Source: Asanoa sp. | Lineage (GTDB): Bacteria; Actinomycetota; Actinomycetes; Mycobacteriales; Micromonosporaceae | Length of the DNA stretch: 56,871 bases | Direction of reading: 5' to 3' | Assembly (NCBI GenBank): GCA_036520275.1 | Contig: DATDJX010000444.1 | Span: 1-56,871 of the forward strand | Part shown: positions 50,014 through 56,871 of the stretch, in pieces | Layout: every line of letters starts with the position of its first letter | Position numbering within the stretch: position 1 is the stretch's first letter | The notes under the pieces: model-generated | What the model saw: only the letters and a program-made list of their open reading frames with translations | Databases searched by the model: none | What the model was told of the DNA's origin: nothing | Translations under genes and position numbers: made by a program

Positions 50014-51407
50014 ATCCTGACGTTTCCTACGAAGAGCTCTCGGACGACTCCGATGTGGACACCGGACCGATCCCGGTCGTCGCGGTGGTCGGGCGGCCCA
50101 ACGTCGGCAAGTCCACGTTGGTCAACCGAATCATCGGCCGGCGGCAGGCCGTCGTGGAGGACACGCCGGGCGTCACGCGCGACCGGGTGCCGTACGACGC
50201 GACCTGGAACGGGCGGCAGTTCATCGTCGTCGACACCGGCGGATGGGAGCCCTACGCCCGCGACCGCGCCCTGGCGATCGCCACGCAGGCCGAGATCGCC
50301 GTCCAGACCGCCGACGTGGTGCTGTTCGTGGTCGAAGCGACCGTAGGTGCCACCGACGTCGACGAGGCGGCGGTCAAGATGCTGCGGCGCAGCGCGAAGC
50401 CGGTGATCCTGGTCGCCAACAAGGCCGACAACGCCGCCATGGAGCTCGAGGCCACCTCGCTGTGGTCGCTGGGCCTGGGTGAGCCGTACGCCGTCTCGGC
50501 CCTGCACGGCCGCGGCTCGGGCGACCTGCTCGACGCCGTTCTGGCGGCGCTGCCGAAGCCAGCCCCGCGCGAGTCCGAGGGCGGCCCGCCCGGGCCGCGC
50601 CGGGTTGCGCTGGTCGGCCGGCCCAACGTCGGCAAGTCGTCGCTGCTCAACCGGTTAGCCCAGGAGGAGCGCGCCGTTGTCGACCCGGTCCCTGGCACGA
50701 CCGTCGATCCGGTCGACAGCCTGGTCGAGATCGGCGGCGAGACGTGGCAGCTTGTCGACACGGCCGGCCTGCGCAAGAGAGTCGGCAAGGCGAGCGGCAC
50801 CGAGTACTACGCCTCGCTGCGTACGCAGGGCGCGATCGAGGCGGCCGAGGTCGCGGTCGTGCTGCTCGACGCGAGCGAGCCGATCAGCGAGCAGGACCAG
50901 CGGATCCTGACGATGGTCGTCGAGTCGGGGCGGGCGCTGGTCATCGCCTTCAACAAGTGGGACCTGGTCGACGCCGACCGGCGTTACTACCTCGACAAGG
51001 AGATCGAGCGGGAGCTGCGCCGCATCCAGTGGGCGCTGCGGGTGAACATCTCCGCCCGTACGGGCCGGGCGGTCGACAGGCTCGCGCCGGCGCTCCGGAC
51101 GGCGCTGGCGTCGTGGGAGGAGCGCGTCTCGACCGGCCAGCTCAACCAGTGGCTGACCGCGCTCGTGCAGGAGACGCCGCACCCGGTGCGCGGGGGACGT
51201 GCGCCGCGGATCCTGTTCGCGACGCAGGCGGGCACCCGGCCGCCGCGCTTCGTGCTGTTCACGACCGGGCCGCTGGACGCCGGCTATCAACGCTTCGTGG
51301 AGCGCAAGCTGCGCGAGCAGTTCGGGTTCGCCGGCAGCCCCGTCGAGGTCTCCGTCCGGCCGCGCAAGAAGACCGGTCCCGGGGGGCGGGGCAAGGCGCA
51401 CGGCTAG
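50010..51407 (+). CDS. der: Ribosome biogenesis GTPase Der (EngA)
   Basis: Two GRPNVGKS G-domains, DTGG/DTAG, NKAD/NKWD. Confidence 0.97.
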   Translation: MNPDVSYEELSDDSDVDTGPIPVVAVVGRPNVGKSTLVNRIIGRRQAVVEDTPGVTRDRVPYDATWNGRQFIVVDTGGWEPYARDRALAIATQAEIAVQTADVVLFVVEATVGATDVDEAAVKMLRRSAKPVILVANKADNAAMELEATSLWSLGLGEPYAVSALHGRGSGDLLDAVLAALPKPAPRESEGGPPGPRRVALVGRPNVGKSSLLNRLAQEERAVVDPVPGTTVDPVDSLVEIGGETWQLVDTAGLRKRVGKASGTEYYASLRTQGAIEAAEVAVVLLDASEPISEQDQRILTMVVESGRALVIAFNKWDLVDADRRYYLDKEIERELRRIQWALRVNISARTGRAVDRLAPALRTALASWEERVSTGQLNQWLTALVQETPHPVRGGRAPRILFATQAGTRPPRFVLFTTGPLDAGYQRFVERKLREQFGFAGSPVEVSVRPRKKTGPGGRGKAHG

Positions 51408-51802
51408 CTCGTGTGCACGATCACCGGCACGCTTTCGCGCAGCGCCCGGCTGACGGTGCAGTAGCGCTCGTGGACGCGCTCGGCCACCTTCTCGAACACC
51501 GCCTGCGCCTGGTCGTCGCCCTCGGGCAGCGCGACGTGGTACGTCATCGTGACGCTCACCAACCGCGCCGGCCGCTCTTTCTCCCCCTCGACCGTGGCCG
51601 CGAGCCGGGTGAGGCGGTGACCGCGCTGGGCGGTGAGCGGCTCGACGGTGACGATGTTGCACCCCCCGAGGGCGGCGAGCAGCAGCTCGACCGGCGTGAA
51701 CTCGGGACCGCCATTTCCGGTGAAGCGGATCTCGGCGCCGCGCTCGTTATGCGCGAGGTAGCCGCCGTCGTCCGTCCGCTCGACCGTCACCTGTGTCGTC
51801 AT
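51404..51802 (-). CDS. OsmC family protein
   Basis: [12 protein letters not shown] and YCTVS two-Cys motifs. Confidence 0.88.
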   Translation of the reverse strand: MTTQVTVERTDDGGYLAHNERGAEIRFTGNGGPEFTPVELLLAALGGCNIVTVEPLTAQRGHRLTRLAATVEGEKERPARLVSVTMTYHVALPEGDDQAQAVFEKVAERVHERYCTVSRALRESVPVIVHTS

Positions 51803-51885
51803 GTGTCCGATCATGCCGTGCCCGCGCCCGGCCCGGCCGGTGGGATGCGCTACGCTTTACCGGCTGCCGGGGCGTGCGGCGGCAC

Positions 51886-51962
<77 letters not shown>

Positions 51963-51993
51963 GGAAAACTGCAGGTCAGGGCCTGTTCTCTCG

Positions 51994-52973
51994 TCACGGA
52001 GATCGGCCCCGATCCCGTCCCCGGGGCATCCTCGGGAGAGAATGGGGAGAAGATCTTGGCGGGTCACTCTCCCACTCCCGAACACGCTCGCTCAGCAGCC
52101 GGTCCAACGTGGCGACCGGTGAGCGCGGCGACAGCGCGCGGCGCGCATCCAGCGCTTCCAACCACAGCCGGGTCAGGCCGTCGAGCAGAGTTGCTGGCGC
52201 ATCGCTGGCGTGATGTGCGAATAGCGAGCCTGGACCGAGCCGTCCTCATGTCCCATCCGGTCATCCATCAGCTTGGACGGGATACCCAGCTCCTCCATCA
52301 TCGTCTTGTGGGTGTGCCGCAGGCCGTGCGGGGTCAGGTCTGGTGCGATCGGCAGCCAGCAGGCGTCGGCGCGGCCGGCGGCGTTGCGGCCCCGTACCGG
52401 CACGCCCGGCCATGGCTCGCCCAGCAGCGGCACAGGCCGCGAAGGCTGCGGCGCCTTGGCCGGATACCAGCCGGTCACCGCGGGTTGGAACAGCCAGGTG
52501 GCGAAGCCGTTGCGTCGCCAGTGCGGTGCCGGCTCACCCGGGCCGCCGCCGGGGATGTAGCCCAGCTCGCCCGCCGCCAACCGCACCCGAGCCCGGGTTG
52601 TCTCCGCGACCAGCTCCGGACGGTTCATCACCGCCGACACCGTGCCGGTCGACACGCCGGCTCGCCGGGCCACGTCGGCCAGCTTCGGCCCCGGCCGTCG
52701 GGCTGCGCCGTTGGCCAGTCCGTGCCCCCGGAAGACGTACACCTGTCCGTGGCACCTACAGACCCTCGGTCGCGTGCGGCCGAGGTGCTCGGCCAGCAGA
52801 GCGGCTAGCCACTCTGGGGTGTCGACCGTGCGGCGCGACTCATCCTTCGGCGGGCACCGGAGGAGCTGGCCGGCGTCGAGTTCGTACAGCTGCCACTCCA
52901 CACGAATCGCAGTCGGCCTGATGTAGGGCACCTCTAGGCCGACCAGCTCGCCCCAGCGCATCCCGGTGTAGCG
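51994..52973 (-). pseudogene. Tyrosine integrase remnant with an internal LacI-type HTH; 5'-truncated, frameshift near 52186
   Basis: YTGMRWGE, PPKDES, HGLRH, MGH...ARY; KLADVARRAGVSTGTVS; C-terminus continues in another frame (LDGLTRLWLEALDAR). Confidence 0.85.
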
Positions 52974-53272
52974 ATGGAGCCCTGCCGACGCGGGAACCCG
53001 CCAGCCCGCACGATCCACGCGCCCTCACCGGTGTCCTCCGCGGTGGCGGCCAGCAACTCGGCCCGAACGTCGTCCGTGACTCCGTACCGAGCCAGGAGAG
53101 CGGCCACGTCGCGCACGGTCAGAGCATGCTTGCCGATCTCGACACGGGACACCTTGGGCTGAGACCAGCCCAGCGCCCGTGCAACCTGCTCACCGGACAT
53201 GCCGGACGCTTCCCTCAGCCGGCGCAGCTCCGCGCCGACTCGCAGGCGTTGCGCCGAGGCATCTGTCGACAC
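52974..53272 (-). pseudogene. Truncated XRE HTH regulator (C-terminal domain lost), joined to the integrase remnant
   Basis: LRRLREASGMSGEQVARALGWSQPKVSRVEIG; runs out of frame into the integrase. Confidence 0.75.
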
Positions 53273-53619
53273 TAGCGACCCCTCGTCATGCGCGCATGAA
53301 TAACCTGCAACCACAGTACCGCTCATGCGTCGTATGCGGTAAACCCCACGCGGAGGCAGGCAGAAGGTCGCTTCGGCAGCAGAGTGATCGGCCCGGTGTG
53401 ACCGACCAGCGGCTCAAACGGGACGTTCTTCCCACAGGGCGCCGCACTCGTCATAGAGCCGGTCGTCCTTCGCGCGCTCGTAATGGTCGACCATCAGCCG
53501 CTCGACGGCGGCGAGCGGCGCCTGCTCGGTCCCGTACTCCCACGCGTCACCAGCGAGCTGCGCGAACCACGTACCGCGGGACGGGATGAAGCCGATGCTG
53601 GCGTGCCGGTGAATCGACG

Positions 53620-53800
53620 GAGCGGACGGTCTTGATTCGGCTGCCGGCGATCAGCACGTGGATCAGGTCGCAGTCGGCCCAGATCTGGGCCACCATCCGG
53701 GCGCGGTGGGTGCCCACCCAGGACTGCCGTCGGCATACCATCAGGTTGCCCGATGGCGGCACCACCCGGTCGAACTCGATCGGGCCGCCGGACCACACCG
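53620..53800 (-). mobile_element. IS481-family transposase C-terminal-region fragment
   Basis: GPIEFDRVVPPSGNLMV...WADCDLIHVLIAGSRIKTVRS, recognised as typical of actinomycete IS481-like transposases. Confidence 0.65.
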
Positions 53801-53838
53801 GCCGCCTGTCTTACACGGCGGGACGGGCGCTCGGGTGG

Positions 53839-54786
53839 CTACCTGTCGCCCATGTCGGGGACATTCGACTCTCCTCGTGCCCGAGGCCCGGGCCGTCGGC
53901 GTAACCAGCCCCGATCCCGGGTGCCGGACGGCTCGGCGCTCGACAGGCGCAACGCGTGCCCTGGGTCGCCTGAGCGGATCTCCTCGGTGACCCGCCGCAC
54001 CGGCCGCCGTGCGAGGAACGGTTGGCGGAGCCACAGTGTCCGCTCCGACTCCCACGTCCACAGGGTTGTGGTACCGGCGGCGGTCGTGGCCGGCGTGAAC
54101 GACGCCGCCAACAGCCCGGCGAAGGTGAGATGGACCCCATCCCACCGCCGGGCCACGGCGCTCCAATCCGGAGCGGCGTCGTCGTGGATGCCGGGCGGAC
54201 CCGAGCCGGGTCGGTGAACGGTCGACGGAGACCGGGCGGCGAGTTCGTGCCAGTCGGCGGCGTTGTTGACTTCGTAGACCCGAGCCTCGGCGGAGACCTC
54301 GATGTCCTCTTCCAGCAGCGGGTAGGCCGGCTCCCAATCCCCGACCTGGTTCGCCAGGGCCGCGTGCAGACCGGAGGTGGAGCCGAACCGGGTCGCGGTG
54401 AAGAACGCGGCGGCCGGCCGCTGCGCGTATGCCGCCCACGAGGCCGCCGTAGTCGGCGGGGGCTCCGGCTCGGCTCCCACCAGGCTGACCTGCGATTGCG
54501 CCGGGAGCCGCTGCCACCACCACGCCGAGCGCGGGTCGTGGGCCGCGCTGGAGGCCAGGTCGCCGACCTCGGCTGCGCGAGCAAGGACCTCGGCCCTTGC
54601 AGCGGCGGCGTACCCGGTCCACGGATCCAGGGCCGCCCGGGCCTTGGCGGCGAGGTCTAGGCTCACCTCGGGCACCAGCAGCCGCTGGACCGTCAGGCTC
54701 GCCTGCCGGGCGGCGAGGAAGAACGCGCAGCCGACCGGCCCGGCAAGCAGCCGCCGGACACGCGCCCCGGCCGGATCCGTCGACAT
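53839..54786 (-). CDS. Hypothetical protein (possible ADP-ribosyltransferase-like fold)
   Basis: ARVYEV...DW, PDWSAVARRWDGVHLT, WESE.TLW; RBS GGGAGGG. Confidence 0.6.
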   Translation of the reverse strand: MSTDPAGARVRRLLAGPVGCAFFLAARQASLTVQRLLVPEVSLDLAAKARAALDPWTGYAAAARAEVLARAAEVGDLASSAAHDPRSAWWWQRLPAQSQVSLVGAEPEPPPTTAASWAAYAQRPAAAFFTATRFGSTSGLHAALANQVGDWEPAYPLLEEDIEVSAEARVYEVNNAADWHELAARSPSTVHRPGSGPPGIHDDAAPDWSAVARRWDGVHLTFAGLLAASFTPATTAAGTTTLWTWESERTLWLRQPFLARRPVRRVTEEIRSGDPGHALRLSSAEPSGTRDRGWLRRRPGPRARGESNVPDMGDR

Positions 54787-54808
54787 CCCGCAGGCCCTCC
54801 CAGCGGTG

Positions 54809-55477
54809 CTAGTGGATATTGAGAGTGAACAACCAGGTTCCGCTGTCGTACAGCACCGGCGGGCCGCTTCGCGTGCTGCCGGTCTCCATCCAGGCGATGG
54901 TCACGGCCAGGTGAACGGTGCCCGGCGCGAGGCGGGCGAGTGATAGGTGCAGAGTTGCCCCCGCGCGCGTCAGCTCGCAGCTCGCCGTCGCATGCACCAG
55001 CTCGTCCCGGTCGCAGTCGACCTCGTACTGCGGCGGACCCGCGGGTTCGCCGTTGCCCCGCAGAGCGGCCGTGAAACCGTAGACGGTCACGGCGCTGGGC
55101 CTGGATGCCACGCCGAGGTCCACGGTCACCGGGGCCGTGCTCGGCGCATCGAACGCGATGCCCCAGTCCGCCCGGGCCGGATGGGCCGCCATCCACCGCG
55201 CGCCGTCGCGCAGCCACTCCGCCCGGTAGAGCACTCCGGGCCGGATGCGGTAGCCGCCCGGCACGAACGGGTCGTGCGCGCGCAACGCCACGGCGGGCGG
55301 CCGAGGCGGGGGCGGGTCGACACGCAGCAGCAGATCTCCACGATCTGCTGTCGTGCTGGGGTGGCTTTGCGGCCGGCCGGCCGGCGCCTCGGCGTCAACG
55401 CTCGCGACGACCAGGGTGCCGGCCGCTGCCACTCCGATCAGCAGTCCGGCCGCGGCGGCGGACCGACGACCGATCAC
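54809..55477 (-). CDS. Hypothetical exported or membrane-anchored protein
   Basis: GTG overlaps the upstream TGA; N-terminal RR plus hydrophobic helix; two Cys. Confidence 0.55.
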   Translation of the reverse strand: MIGRRSAAAAGLLIGVAAAGTLVVASVDAEAPAGRPQSHPSTTADRGDLLLRVDPPPPRPPAVALRAHDPFVPGGYRIRPGVLYRAEWLRDGARWMAAHPARADWGIAFDAPSTAPVTVDLGVASRPSAVTVYGFTAALRGNGEPAGPPQYEVDCDRDELVHATASCELTRAGATLHLSLARLAPGTVHLAVTIAWMETGSTRSGPPVLYDSGTWLFTLNIH

Positions 55478-56007
55478 CAGCAGACGATGTCTCTGTAGGC
55501 CTGCGTCTCCAGGCTGTACCACTGGAGGTCGATGTCCTTCACCTTGTGGTAGCCCACCGTGCGCCACCGGTTGTTCTGGCAGCCCGCGTACACCCCGCTC
55601 CTACCGATCCGGTACCAGTTGTAGTAGTGGCCGGAGCCGTCCGTACCGACGTGCTCGTAGCCCCACCAGCGCTTGCGCCATACCGTGGCCCTGACCTCGA
55701 TGTAGGGGACGTTGGCCACGCAGTAGGTCTCCGAGTACCCCTTGATCCATCCGTACGTGCTGGAGCTGGTCGACTGGTGCGGGTAGTTGGACTTGCCTCG
55801 GCAGTAGCTCGGCGACGGATACGTCGACAGGCTGCTGTCGATCGCCGTATCGCCGACGTCGGTCACCTCGACCGTCGCGTCGGTTGCCAGCGTTGTGCTG
55901 CCTTCCACCGCAGCCGGGTTTGGCTCGGCGGCCGCGGTGGCCGGCACGGCGAGTAGGCCGAAACCGACCGTCGCGGCCGCGACGAGCGCGACGAGTCTGG
56001 AACGCAT
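55474..56007 (-). CDS. Secreted protein: signal peptide, acidic linker, Tyr/Trp/Arg-rich domain with 4 Cys
   Basis: RBS AGAGGAGG; AxA cleavage site; biased composition. Confidence 0.8.
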   Translation of the reverse strand: MRSRLVALVAAATVGFGLLAVPATAAAEPNPAAVEGSTTLATDATVEVTDVGDTAIDSSLSTYPSPSYCRGKSNYPHQSTSSSTYGWIKGYSETYCVANVPYIEVRATVWRKRWWGYEHVGTDGSGHYYNWYRIGRSGVYAGCQNNRWRTVGYHKVKDIDLQWYSLETQAYRDIVCW

Positions 56008-56489
56008 AGCACCCTCCTCTGATTGCGGAGCTTCTCGGTTCGAGGGGTAGAGGCGGGAGCAGGCTTAGGAGCTGCCAAACGTTGGCCGCCGCGGTGGCGG
56101 GCGCGCTGATTCGGCGCATTCTGCATCGTCGGCCGACAGCGCCCAAGGTGCCCATCGTCATTAGATGCCGGTGGCGGGAAATCCACAGACCAGAATGCGC
56201 GCTAAGGATCCCACCGGGAACGGATGCCGCGCAAGAATCGGTCTCCGTCCGTTTATGCTGTGCGTGAACCGGTGCAAGCTGGAAATTCGTGATGCACGGT
56301 ACGGATCAGAAGGACCCGTGGTCGCCGGCAGTCTATGGTCCCCGACGCGTGCCCGATCGAGTCGTCAATCAGACCCTTGGCATCGTTGAGGTAGAACTCC
56401 GACGTTTGCAGTTCTTGGACGGCGCCGGCCAAGGGTGCGCTCCTGCGGGCTCGACACGATGCCTAGCGCGTGGGGACGACCCGGTAGCC

Positions 56490-56662
56490 GGGCTTGTAGA
56501 ACCTCCAGGACGGCGTGATAGCGCTGCTCCACGACGCTCAACTCCACGAGCATCAGTCCCGGCCCTTCCAGGCGACGACAACGTCGCCTGGAGCCAAACC
56601 GGGAACGGCACTGTCACCCATCAGGTGAAGCCGGCGTGTCACCCATCAGTCGGAGTCGGACA
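56490..56662 (-). mobile_element. IS481-family left end and transposase N-terminal fragment
   Basis: MLVELSVVEQRYHAVLEVL at 56553; TGTCACCCATCAG twice (56612, 56637); terminal TGT on the minus strand at 56662. Confidence 0.75.
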
Positions 56663-56665
56663 GGA

Positions 56666-56710
56666 GGACAGCCTTCATGGACAGCCTTCATGCCTTCATG
56701 CCTTCATGCC
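56666..56710. repeat. Short tandem repeat: GGACAGCCTTCAT x2 followed by GCCTTCAT x2
   Basis: Read directly from the sequence. Confidence 0.9.
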
Positions 56711-56871
56711 TAGTCTCAGTTGCTGCTTGACGTTTGGGCTTCGGTTCGTGCTTGACGCGAGCCTAGACGATCTTTGTGGTGGTGAGGTATTCGCTTTTCT
56801 TGGTTCGGTTCAGCTCCGTGGTGCTGCGGCGGGGCACGGCGGTGAGGAGTTCACCGTCGTGCCGGATGGTC
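56707..56871 (-). mobile_element. Right end and transposase C-terminus of a second IS481-like element (continues beyond window)
   Basis: TIRHDGELLTAVPRRSTTELNRTK... ending at TAG 56763; subterminal TGCTTGACG twice. Confidence 0.6.

Noticed and set aside
50655-50657. Rare TTA codon in der (bldA-type control)
   Set aside because: A single codon in an essential gene; no support for regulation

Overview
High-GC actinobacterial chromosome segment; gene order and protein N-termini suggest Micromonosporaceae. The backbone is the conserved recN-steA-steB-...-pyrG-NUDIX-ald-xerD-(parA/soj)-scpA-scpB-rluB-cmk-der-tRNA-Pro(GGG) locus, with three accessory blocks. (1) Four genes (MraY-like, MurJ-like, GT4, phosphatase-fold membrane protein) lie between steB and pyrG. 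(2) About 31 kb separates xerD from parA. It holds a ~17 kb tightly coupled glycan/surface-polymer operon bracketed by NarL-type regulators, with an unusual nucleotidyltransferase-kinase fusion, an APH-fold kinase, a GNAT, a GH39-like hydrolase and a degenerate CPBP. It also holds a minus-strand acyl-CoA catabolic operon with a large AAA-LuxR regulator. (3) A decayed island starts at the tRNA-Pro 3' end: a broken tyrosine integrase with an internal LacI HTH, an XRE fragment, IS481 remnants, and cargo including a secreted Cys/aromatic-rich protein. Notable small-scale signals are a pyrG leader resembling a CTP-sensitive start-site/RBS-sequestration switch, a MIRU-like doubly ATGA-coupled mini-ORF, an apparent ATC start codon, and an in-frame TAG inside a 42-bp repeat of scpB. 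No CRISPR array or rRNA was seen. Product calls come from motif recognition only; no database searches were run.
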